Source of the DNA: Lama glama
Taxonomy: Eukaryota
NCBI GenBank assembly: GCA_028534125.1
Contig: JAPYYK010000086.1
Span: 1,426,001-1,490,000, forward strand
Length of the DNA: 64,000 bases
Reading direction: 5' to 3'
The translations under genes were made by a program, and so were the position numbers. This document shows, piece by piece, positions 12,481-23,375 of this stretch. Under the pieces are notes generated by a model. That model had not been told where the DNA came from. It worked only from the letters and a program-made list of their open reading frames with translations, and did not search any database. Within the stretch, counting starts at the first letter, position 1. Every line of letters starts with the position of its first letter.

Positions 12481-13699
12481 CCACCTCCCAGCTCTTCATA
12501 GCTGGTACTTAGTTAGGACTTGTAATGAGCCAAACACTTGTCACCTCGAGGCTAAGTGACGTGCCCAAAGCGGCCCCACTGGGGCTGGCGGCGCTGGGAT
12601 TGGAAACGAGGTGCTCTGGCTCCAGACCTCCTGTCCCTGACCAGCACCCTACACCTCCTGCCAGCCTGGGGCCGACTGAGTTCTGAGCCTGATCCTTCCT
12701 CCTGAGATGGGCTCTTCCAGGCCTCCCTGCCCTCCCATACTGCTGTCAGTGGCACCCCCCATGCAGAGGCCGGACCACCATGGTCCCTGTCCTCACAGCC
12801 TTCCAAGGAAGGCAGAATCCATAGCCGCATTGATGAAATCCGCTGGCGCCCCGCCTGGTTCCACCCTCACGCCCGCGCTCATTGTCCTACGGCTGCACCT
12901 GCCGTGGGCCTGTCCCTGGCTGTGTACTCAGATCCCTCTGCTCCGTGTGGGACGTGCCCACTTGCCCTTTTCCTGGCACGTTCCCTGAGCCCTGTTGGAA
13001 ATGCTGCCTGCTCGAAACCTCCTCTGGATCCCCTGAGGCAGAGGCGATCTCTCTGTCTGGGTGGTTCATTGACTGTCGTAATCACCCCACTTTCAGTGGA
13101 GGCTCGCTGTAAGACCCGAGGGGGCAGAGATGAAGTCCGCCTTCCCCCCAGCCCCACAGAGAGGCCTCAGCTGACAGGAGGTCGGCCTGTGCGTAGCGAG
13201 CAGGGCAGGGACTCCTGCTCTCAAGCGCGACAGTGCATGGAAAGCACTCAGCTCGGGATGGTGCCTGATATGCCGTGCCATCGTGGCTCATGGTTACTTT
13301 TGTTGGTGTGTCTTCCTCTCCTCCCCCTCCACCCACCCAACGGTGTGGGCTCTTCCCAGGTCAGGGCTCTGTCTTACCCCAGCGCCTGGACCGCAGTGGG
13401 TGCTCAGTCAGTGTTCCCGGAATGCATGGAAGTCTGGACCCTGTGTGGCCACCATGTTACGTCAGCCTTCTTACCCTTTTGTGAACAGAAACCTGAGGAT
13501 GTGAAACATGAAAATGTGTGATCAACAGCCACCCCCTTTTTAAAGGGACGCCTTCTTCAGGAGCAGGAAGGAGTTCCGTTTATCTGAGCACAAGGGAAAT
13601 CTGTAATGTCAGTTGGGAGAAATCTTTTGATGCCAGAGATACTTGGTGGCGACTTTGGTCTTCTTTTCTTCTTCACGGTCACTATAGCAGTTGGTAATA

Positions 13700-13930
13700 A
13701 TAACCGAAATCAGAGCGCTCGCCTGCCAGGAGCAAGGCTGCGTGCCTTCTCTGCATGATCTCTCTTACTCTTCGTGCTGGTCCTGGTGGGCAGGTAGTGC
13801 CTGCACCCCTTTTTGCTCAGCGGGAAGTAGAGGATCTGAGAGGTCAAGTTACTTGCTTAGGGTCACACAGCTAGCTGGCACTTGTGCCAGGGTTTGTTTC
13901 CTGCAGAGCCTGGGTTCTCAGCCTCTCTGC
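13700..13930 (-). mobile_element. MIR SINE
   Basis: ctgagaggtcaagttacttgcttagggtcacacagctag. Confidence 0.65.
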
Positions 13931-14599
13931 AGTGCTGCCTCCTGTATAAGAAGCTGCCCCCAGTCCCCCTCTGGCACAGGCCCCTCCCTGGGGACCGAGG
14001 AAATGGGCGGTGCACCCTCTTCGAGGGCCTGGCTTCTGTTGGCTGGGCACTTGAGAATCTGTGACTTCACTTTGTTCCTCTTCAGTCAGTGGGCTCATTG
14101 TGCAGGGCGGTCTGCCATCCAGAGAAATCCCAGGTGGCTTGTGCGCTTGGTGTCTTTGCTTTGGTTCTATCACCGGCTGGTGAAGGATGGAGGATGGAAC
14201 TGTGAAAGACTTTACCTTTCGGGCTGGGCATTTGTCAAATAAAAATTATATGTCCTGTACATGTCGCTTCACCTCTAGTGGGTTCCAGGATCTCAGGTCT
14301 ATGAAAGTTCATGGCAAGGAAACTCTCTTGCATAACTTCCTCTCCATGGAGACAGAGAGCGAATCATTTAATTAGGGCTCTTAAGAAAAGTTTGATTATA
14401 TTACTCACAATTTTTGGTTTTCACTTGCATCTAAAGAAGTATATGTACTTTGGTATATAATGCGAAGCTTGTTAGATCTCCGCTTTTGTCCATTTTGCAT
14501 GGAGAAGCTCAGTGCACCAGATTCTCCCCATATTTGAGTCTTTGGCAGGTTGCAGAGTATGTATGTTTTGCAGAAGGAAGAGGCTGGGACTTTGTGCCT

Positions 14600-14770
14600 T
14601 TATAAAGTGCCCATTATGGGGCAGACACAGGGCCTGGTGCTGCTAGGCACCTTATCTGGACTAGGGGAGATAGCCCCAATGACAGATAGGGAAACTGAGT
14701 CTCAAAAGATCAGGGAGGTCTTGCCTAAAGTCACTGGTTAGCAGAGATGAGATTTGAACCCAGATCTCTT
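14600..14770 (-). mobile_element. MIR SINE
   Basis: acagatagggaaactgagtctcaaaa...cttgcctaaagtcac...gagatttgaacccagatct. Confidence 0.75.
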
Positions 14771-16592
14771 TCCCCTAATAGTCTCTCGACTTTTTTCTCA
14801 TGCTGGACAACCTTGAAGTCTCTTGGGTCCAGAGCAGGGAGCAGCTCTGGGCTCTACATCCACCGATGTGAGGTGCTGTACCTCCTCCAGAAGTATCTGT
14901 CTTGTTATTGTTGGGAGTGAGTGGGCAGCCCTGATCATTTGATCTGAGAAGCAAGTACTCACTGCTTGGTTATGCAGTGAATTCTAAGAGTCGACTTAGG
15001 AACCACACAATGGAAGCATGCTCAGTTTTATAATAATGTATAAGTGTGTCTTTAGTTCTCACTGCTGTCCTTTGCATGAGTAGCTTTCTCTGGTCAGGGG
15101 TGAACTTGGCCCTGGTGGATGGGAGGCTGTTGCTCAGCTCTGTTTCTCTGCGTTTTCTGTGATCCATGTTGGGGGAGCAGAGGGGTAGGGGAGGGAAAGC
15201 TAGGGTGCCATGCAGATAGCTGTTGCAAACCCCTGTACGATTTCCAATTAGTGGTTGCATGTGTGACGTGTATGCCTGTCTTATATTTACAAGAGGAAAC
15301 ATCCCGTTTAATTTTATGTTCACACCCAAAACCCAAGTGTTAAGAGAACATGGTGTTTTAACACTCCCTCGGTTATCAGCTGCAGAGCGGAGGTTCTATA
15401 TTGTCACATACAGTTTTCTGAGTGTGTTTCTACATTTGTCACCTGGCAACATCGCTACCTCGGGACACGAAGCTGCGTCGGTTCCTACCAGATCCACACT
15501 GTTTATACTGTCAAAGGTTGAGCCCGTTGTCCTCCTAGGAATTTAGAAGAGGAGCAGGCCCGGGCTGATGGGGCTCGGTTGAGAGACGGGTTGATGTGCT
15601 TCCATGGCTGACCCAGGACCAGGGGTTCCATGGGGGGTGATGACTGGTCCTGCCTGCATTGATGCATTACCGTGTGGTGGGCCACCTGCCAGTTCTGATA
15701 AGGAAGGAAACCCCATGGCAGGGATGCCACAGTACCCCTTGCTGGGGTCACCCTCTGAGCTGCGGATAGCCCCGTGGGGTCTTCTGTGTAGCTGGTAAGA
15801 TGCACTGAAAGCTCTGTGCTATAGAATCTGCATGCCTCGTGGGGCCTCGGGTGATCACACCTTCAGGCTGTCACAGCCTCCCCCACCCATCCCGTGTGAT
15901 TAACCCCGTGCCTTGAGGATATTTGCCTCTGAAACCCTTGCATCATATGTTTGAAAATCCTCTCGGTTGAAGCTGCATGTTCAAAGACTCAGAAAAAGCT
16001 TACTGAGACCAAGGGCATGGAATTCTCCAGCACCTGTGACATTTCTTGAAAAATACTGGAGAGGGGAAAGTTCCCATGGTAACAGCTTTCAAAAGGCGTT
16101 TCGTGGCATCAGTAGATGAGACAGGATATCAGAGTAATGAGGCTTAGCAACGTATCCTATAAGCACAGACTCCTTTACAGCCACCTCCTGGTGTCGACGC
16201 CAGAGCAAGGGCCTGTCCAGAAGGCCCGGGAGCGCTGGGGGCTCTGGCCAGGTCGCGCTGCACGACAGGGCGCTCCGTCCATGTTCCCCTCTGCAGTTCT
16301 CACTTCTGTCGGCCTCTCTAAGGAGGAGGTCTTGCCATCCACTGGACTCGTACTGTCTTGCCTGTTGAGAAAGAAATAGACAACTGAGTATGCCTGGGGG
16401 TGTTTAGAAACCACCAGTCAGCTTCAAAAGTATGTATTTCGAATGCTCCGACCTCCTTTAGAAAAACCCCTAAAAGCAGCCACTGATTTGGTTCAAATGG
16501 TTCTTTGCTCTTGGCTGTTAATATTATTCACAGCAGCATCAGATGTCCGGTGAGAAAACCACAAGATTCCTTAAGGTTTTATTTCGTAGCAA

Positions 16593-16672
16593 GTGTGTGT
16601 ACACATATACATATATACACACACACATACACATACGCATATACATATACACACCCATATACACACACATAT
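16593..16672 (+). repeat. Compound (CA/TA)n microsatellite
   Basis: Alternating purine-pyrimidine tract seen directly. Confidence 0.9.
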
Positions 16673-16842
16673 TACTACTGGAGGAGGACTTGACCCTGAG
16701 GGTTTGGAACTTGGCCGATCCTCCTGAGTCCCCTTCACGTGGAACTCTATATCCTGCTCTTTAAACTTTAAGACGATCCCTGACTGGCTGGAAGTCCTCA
16801 ACCCGCAGGCCCAGGAAAATGTTTCAGAAAAAAACAAGGTCA

Positions 16843-17062
16843 NNNNNNNNNNNNNNNNNNNNNNNNNNNNNNNNNNNNNNNNNNNNNNNNNNNNNNNNNN
16901 NNNNNNNNNNNNNNNNNNNNNNNNNNNNNNNNNNNNNNNNNNNNNNNNNNNNNNNNNNNNNNNNNNNNNNNNNNNNNNNNNNNNNNNNNNNNNNNNNNNN
17001 NNNNNNNNNNNNNNNNNNNNNNNNNNNNNNNNNNNNNNNNNNNNNNNNNNNNNNNNNNNNNN
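16843..17062. other. Assembly gap (220 N)
   Basis: Run of n. Confidence 1.
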
Positions 17063-17571
17063 CAGACTGGTTGCCATGGTGTTCTTTAATTCCCCTGTCT
17101 CTCAGCGATCTCCCTCCCCTCTCCCCGACTCCTTCCTCTCCCCCCACTTTCTTTTCTTTTCTTTCTTTTTTTCCCAATCTCGAAGCTTCCTTGTTTCTCA
17201 CACCTCACCCAGGATTCTTGGAGCTGTCTCCAGAGACGGAATCTTCTCCTTTCCCTCTAAGAGCTCCCCATTGTGTCGTTCTAGGACATCAGAAGGGTTT
17301 TGGCTAAAGTGTCTTTTCCCCCACCCTCCCTTATTTCTTGTCCTTGGACTTTTTTTTTATTATTATTATTACCAGTCCCTCCACTATAGGAGCCTAACCA
17401 GAGGTCTTGAAGTTCACTCTCTGTCCTCGGATTGCCTGCAGACGGGGTGGGTTCTGTTACCAGTCGGGCAGACAGTGGCTCTGCCCCTCAGGGGAAGGGC
17501 TATGTGCATTTCCCTAACCCTCCTGTGTGCCCTTGCTCTGGGTGGGATGACTTCTCCTGTCTCACCTAGCG

Positions 17572-17581
17572 CTTTATAAAG
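17572..17581. promoter_or_regulatory. TATA box in perfect palindrome CTTTATAAAG (candidate antisense lncRNA core promoter)
   Basis: Reads TATAAAG on both strands. -30 spacing to a minus-strand TCA at 17550-17548. Confidence 0.5.
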
Positions 17582-18118
17582 TACAGCCACATGAAAACAA
17601 GAGAACGTGTTTGTCCCACAGTGACAACTCCTAGAGCTTTGGCTACATCTGTTACGTGAAGGTGGCAGGTTGAGATTACTCACCCTGCATTTAAAAAGAA
17701 AAAAAAAAAGGTCTGCTCCATCCTATTCTCAGCAGGAAAGCAAAACTGTCCTTCTGAGAAGCTCCCCTGTGGCAGCCCCGGGAGTGCCCACCTGCACCCT
17801 GGTGGTCTCATGCTTTGGGTTGTTGGCCACATCCCCACGAGAGCAGAGGCATTACCAGACACGAGTATGGAGGTTATAATGCAATGTTCTTAGTAAAGAA
17901 AAAGTGGTTCCCATGAGGACAGGCTTAAAAAAACAGAAAAGCCGAAACCCACCCCTGCCTTGCCCAAGAGTTGTGCAATTCTTAACAGCAGTAGCCTGTT
18001 TGAATAATCAAAGGCGAGCTAACTTCCCCTTAGTAACTTCTGTTAGAGACATCTGCATAAAATATCCCCGGATTCCAGACCGAGAAGGTAACTTTTTTTT
18101 TCCCTCTGAGTAACTGGA

Positions 18119-18128
18119 GGGACTTTCC
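18119..18128 (+). promoter_or_regulatory. NF-kB site GGGACTTTCC
   Basis: Exact match to the canonical Ig-kappa/HIV-LTR kB decamer. AP-1-like TGAGTAA at 18107-18113 is adjacent. Confidence 0.6.
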
Positions 18129-19049
18129 CTTTGGAACTCTTCCAGCCGAGCGAACCTCACGGTGGAGAATCTTCTCTCATTGGAAACTGCCAGCGGCTCG
18201 AGTCTGGGCGTGGGAGCATTAAAGACACCTCGCGCCCAAGCTTGGACCCTGAGCCTCTGAGAACCTACGTGACATTCACAGCTGGCTTTGCCCCTCCTTT
18301 TCACAGAGGAATCTATGCCCACGTGCGCTTCCTGAGTCCTCTGAGTTCCTTTTTGAAAGTGTCAGAGCCTCTCTTGATGTTTCTAGCAGTTTTCCCTTGC
18401 CTGGGTTTTAAACTTGTCATCAAGATGTCCCAGACGCCAAAGGCGATCCCCCTAGAAACCATCTGATGTCTTCAAGCGGCTTGTTTCCCTTTGAATTCAG
18501 GACTTAAGAAAAATTATATTGCTCTTGGAAGAGGCTTTGTTTCAGTTGCCCTCACCATACGGTGTTTGAGAAATGTGTTTTTATTAATCTCCTTGCAACA
18601 CAAGCGCACAAACTGTTCAGCCCAGAGCTTTTAGTTACCAAGTCAGGTTCTGAGGTGGGAGGCCCACCAATAACTGTGCTTCCTGCCCCAAGGCTGATAA
18701 TACAGGTGTCAGCGGGGCCAGAGTGGTTGATGGTTAACTAGACGGATTAGGAGCCCCAGCCAGCCTGAGCCCATCTCCGCGGCCTGTGTGCAGACCCGAG
18801 CAGCCTCTGAGAGGCGAGAACGCCACATCAGCCTCCTTCAGCTGGTCTTTGGCATTTGGCACTGTCCCCGTTTGGCGAGACTTTGCGCTTTCACAGAGAG
18901 GGATCTTCTGGTTATTGAGTTAAACTTCAGCTGCCAGAGATGCAAACCTCGACTCGACTTCAGTTTTTCAGGGTTGCCCCTCCTTCGGGACTGTTGTGTG
19001 TTCATTAGGAGATCAGGTGTTTATGGAGGTGCCCGGCCCCCAGTGGGGG

Positions 19050-19450
19050 CACCACGATACTGTCAGGGATGAGGTGAGATCATGGGTCCTGCCTTCAAGG
19101 TTATATAGTCCAGCAGGGGAAATGAATCATAAGCCAGTTAACAATTAAATAAGTAAACTGGGGGAAGCGTGAAAAGGGAAGCTACCAGGGTCCAGAGTGT
19201 CGTGGAGAAGCCCCTGAGGGTGGTCAGGGGGGCCTTCTCTAGGGAGGTGCCATTTAAGTCCAGACCTAGCAGGTGGGAAGAGAACCAGTCACGTGAAGAA
19301 CAGAGGGCAGGAGTGTGCAGACAGGTTGGCATATTGCAGGAGCCGAAGGAGGCCACTGTGGTTGGAACGGAGCCCTGGGGAGGGGCGGGGGAAGGGAGCA
19401 GGGCGTGAGATGACCGCTCGGCCCAGGTAGTGCACTTGTCACCAGGTGAG
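19050..19450 (-). mobile_element. L2 LINE fragment
   Basis: ggtcctgccttcaaggttatatagtccagcaggggaa...gtggtcagggggccttctctagggaggtgccatttaagtccagacct. Confidence 0.65.
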
Positions 19451-22400
19451 AGGCTGGCCGGGGTGATCTCTGCGGCCCCTGCCAAGCCCTGCTCAGTGCT
19501 TCTAAAGGGCACCAAGTTGGCTCGGGCTGTGACCTGCTTGGATACACGTGACCAGCGCCAAGACCATAGTATATTAAGCAGCACTTACACAGACGAGTGC
19601 TGTGTGATTTCATCCCGCCACCTCCATCCATTTGGCCATCTGTATGTTTTACTGTCAGATCCAAAGGATGTTCTGTGCAGCCATATGGAAGCTACCTGAT
19701 GGGCCAGTACCCAGAGACGTGGGCCCGTGGGGTGGGGAGAAGTGAAAGTCCTGTGACCTGCCCTCTGGGGTGCAGGCTGGGGCTGAGATCTGAGAGCTGG
19801 CCAACTGAGCCGAGGACTGAGGGTGACGGTGGCCCTCCCTCAGGAAGACACTCCTTTGCCTGATGTTTTGCTATTTCCAGCCCGTGACCTTGCCCCCGGC
19901 AGGCCAGAGTATATTTATTTCCCCTTGGATGCTGTAGTCGAGTGGACCCATCAGAGCTAGGTTTGTTGAGAGTGGGGATGAGAGAGTGTCTGGTATAGAA
20001 CAGCTACCAGCGCCGGCCCTGTGCGGGCTTTCCCCGTTACCGCCTCTCCGTCCCACAGCCCCACGGGTGGCTGTTACCCTCCTCCTGCCTCCGTGACAGC
20101 CGAGGAGACTGAGGCTGCAAGTTCGTCGATGCCCTGCCCACAGCCACCCCGTTCCTCAGCCACCCCGTCTGCCTGTGTGTACCCTGCGGAGCGTGCTGAG
20201 GGCTGAGCCCGCTCTCTGGGCCCCTGCTGCTCCCTGTGTAAACACGGCCTGTAGGTGTGCAAAGAATTCTAACTGATGTGGACAGAAAGCTCAAGTTGGA
20301 GGCCCTGAGGAACCTTGGTGCTTTTCGGGCAGGAAAAGTTGGTCAGTGTTGATGGATTGGCCCTCAGGTACCCAAAATGGAAATGAGACCAAAGATCAAA
20401 GGTCTTGCCCTCCGATGCCCATGTCAGGCCTTTCTTGGTAACACAAGGGAGCCGGCTCTATGCAGGGGACCCACCTGCACCCTCCCTGGCAGAGGCCCAG
20501 TGTGCATTTCTTGGTGACAGGTTTCCCAGCACCTCGTGTCTTGCTCTTTTCAGGTCTCATGATACAGGGTGGGGCCTCACTGAGAAGGCTTCTGCCCTCC
20601 CATCACAGATCCCACGGCGAGTCTGTGGGCACAGTGATGCAGGACCTCAGAGTTTCCTATGAACCCCCAGGAGGCACTTTTTGCTGAATCATAGAATCAG
20701 CCCCGGAGGGCACCGTCGGAGGCCAAGTGCCTCACCAGCAGCCCCGGACACGCACTGGAGAATGATTATCATCTTTTTCTTCTAGTTGAGTAGATCTCGG
20801 GGACCAAGACTCTAAACCCTCCCTGAGTGCTTTCACACGAGTCCGTCCTGAGGTCTAAGCGCAGTCTTGTCTGCTACACAGTGCCTTTCTTTTTTTTTTT
20901 TTTATAAGCCCTGTGTTGACTTGAGTAACCAAAGCACCTTCTTGCACTTGAAGAAGATTCCAAGGAGGCCCCTGCCACATTCTATTTCCTGTTCCACTGG
21001 TCGTGGTTGTTTTTTTCTGAAGCCTCCTTTGTTTCCCTGTCTTTTGCTGGGAGAGACAGATGGCTATGTCCATGCACCCCACAGAAGACGCTGGCCTTTG
21101 GCCTCTGTAAGGAGGTTTGAGAACTGAACCGAGAGAAAATTTGGAGCCCACTTCTTGTCCCTGGGTCAGAGGCCTGACCTCCCTCCCTGAAATCTGTGTG
21201 ATTTCACTGTCACATATTGCTAGAGATGTAACTGCTGACAGTTTACCTACACATATAGTTACTTTGTAAGATAATGCCTGTAAACTTTGTTTTTTTTAAA
21301 AAAAAGGAAGTAGAATTTGTTGCTTGAGATGTCATTGATGAGTATGTGAGAAGCTGTTAGCATCCTGATCCACACGGGGGAGGCGCTTACCAGGTAGGGC
21401 AGACTTTCCCAGCAAGAGCTGCTTCTCGTGGGGCCTGGGAGGCAGGAAAGGAGATGTGTGAAGCTCTCAGGTCTCAGAAGAAAAGTGATTCTTAGGAAAC
21501 AGATTGGACTTGGCTGCTTGCCAAAAAAATGAAACAAATTCAACTCGAGAAGCAGCTTGAAGATCCACTGCTTTGGTCTTGACCTTGCAGCTCAGGCCCT
21601 TCCCTAGAGCCCAAGGGCCAGATGAGTTTGAGTGAGGTTCTCCTTGTCCTCCAGCTTGCTCTCAGGCCTTGGGCATCAGCACTGAGCAGAAGGCAGCCTG
21701 GCAGGGCAGAGGAGTTGAAACATGATGTTGATCTGTGGCTTGTCAAGAGATGGCTTTCCGGTTTGGACGAGGTGGGAGCTCTTTTCAGAGGCATGAAGTT
21801 GAAATGTGGATGCCTTTCCAGCCCCTCCTTGCTTCGCTTCGTCACTTCCTTCTTTTCTGCTTTAAAGTTTCTATTATTTCTGACCTCGTTAAGGCTGGTG
21901 GCATCCTCAGAGAGATGGATGAGCTGATAACTTCCAGGTGTTTACTGGTTGAAACCCACCAAACCTTGCTAAAACATGTCCTCCTTAGAGCGAGTGCTAA
22001 CATACACAAGGGGAGTGGTTGGTACTTACTGCCCGCTTCCGTAATTATCATGCATTTCCTGATGTCATGAATAGTTGGAAATATTGAGAAAAAATCACTC
22101 ACGTTGGAAGACTTGGGACTGTCCGAGAGGACGGTCTGACACCAAGCTTATGTTCTGCCGTGGGTAGCGTAAACTTTGAGAAGTGGAAGCCAAAGTATGG
22201 AAGCAAAAAGATTTCTGTCTGTGTCTGAGGGCACCTGAATGGCTTCTGTAACGAGTGAAATTCCAGCTGGACTTGTGTGTTAACTTCCTTCGTTGTGACG
22301 ATTGCTAGGAATTGCTCTTTGTTGTGTTTTTGCCGTCACTTGGCGGGCAACCTTGACCTACCCGTACTGGCTGGAATTGTTCGTCTTTGGATGTTTGAGG

Positions 22401-23124
22401 CACACTGGACTTGGGCCATCACACGACACCCAGCACATTAGTGGACCCACCTGTCTTACCTGCTAACGCCTTTCCTTTGAGAGGGGCATTGACAGATTGA
22501 ACACCTTGAGTTTGAATACTTTCCCATAGCAATCAAAGTGTTTTTCACATGGAGTGTTTCATAACTGCGACCTTGATGGACCCCAGCATCCATGTGATGC
22601 AGACAAGGCAGGTGGTAAGAGACTTGTTTTTCACAGAAGGAGCCCGGGGCACAGATGCGGTTGATGCAGCTTGCCCAAGCTCACGTGCCTGGTTAGAGGG
22701 GAGCAGTGGCTAAAATTGAGGTTTCTAGACCTGCAGTTCTCCAGGCTCCTGTGCCTCAGCCACGTGCATTTTACCACCCAGTTCATGGTTTGTGATCTTT
22801 GGGTTTTGATTATTGTCATGGCTTTCTAAGGAAAGGACTCAAGACCTACAGTGGTTGTTGCATGGCGGTGGTTTGGTTAACAATCTGTAACTCCCAGCCC
22901 TGGCAAAGCTTTGAAGAGCAGAAGGGGCTGGTTTGGGAGCGCATGTTAGCAAGTGCATTGGGCCCATTCACCTGTATTCCTGACACAGCCAGTCTGTACT
23001 GTGAGAAGAGTCTGTGTTTGTGCAGCTGAGAGACGCAGGGTGATTGGTGGGGGAGTGTGTTATAAAAAGCCAGAAGGTGTTTGGAGTTTGACACACTCTG
23101 GCTCAGGTGAGAGGTCCTGAACAC

Positions 23125-23375
23125 AGCAGGGTGGTTGAGGGCAAGGGCTGAAGCGTCAGACGAATGGGGCTGAGTCCTGGGGCACTACCGCCACTTCCGA
23201 GCTGTCTGATTTGGCATGTCATGTGACCTCTCTGAGCCTCAGTGTCTTCATCTGTAAAGTGGGGATAGTAATAGCCCAGACCTCATAGGTAGTTACAAGG
23301 ATTAAGTGAGATACCATGTACAAAGCACCTGGGCAGTGCCTGGCAAATTGGAAGTGTTCCGTTACCATTCACGGT
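23125..23375 (+). mobile_element. MIR SINE, near full length
   Basis: acctctctgagcctcagtgtcttcatctgtaaagtggggatagtaatag...aggattaagtgagataccatgtacaaagcacct. Confidence 0.9.

Larger units (their letters stand above)
15290..17548 (-). ncRNA. EGOT: Putative antisense intronic lncRNA, probable EGOT orthologue (predicted exons ~17548-17209 and 16361-~15290)
   Basis: Minus-strand TATAAAG (17578-17572) with an Inr-like TCA 30 nt downstream, donor TGG|GTGAGG (17208), acceptor TCTATTTCTTTCTCAACAG| (16362) with TACTCAG branch-like site, ATTAAA at 15312-15307. Human EGOT is known to lie antisense within an ITPR1 intron. Orthology was not verified by alignment. Confidence 0.6.

Noticed and set aside
12904-13521. 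205-aa plus-strand ORF
   Set aside because: GC-rich intron partly derived from L2. Non-ATG start and composition typical of non-coding frames.
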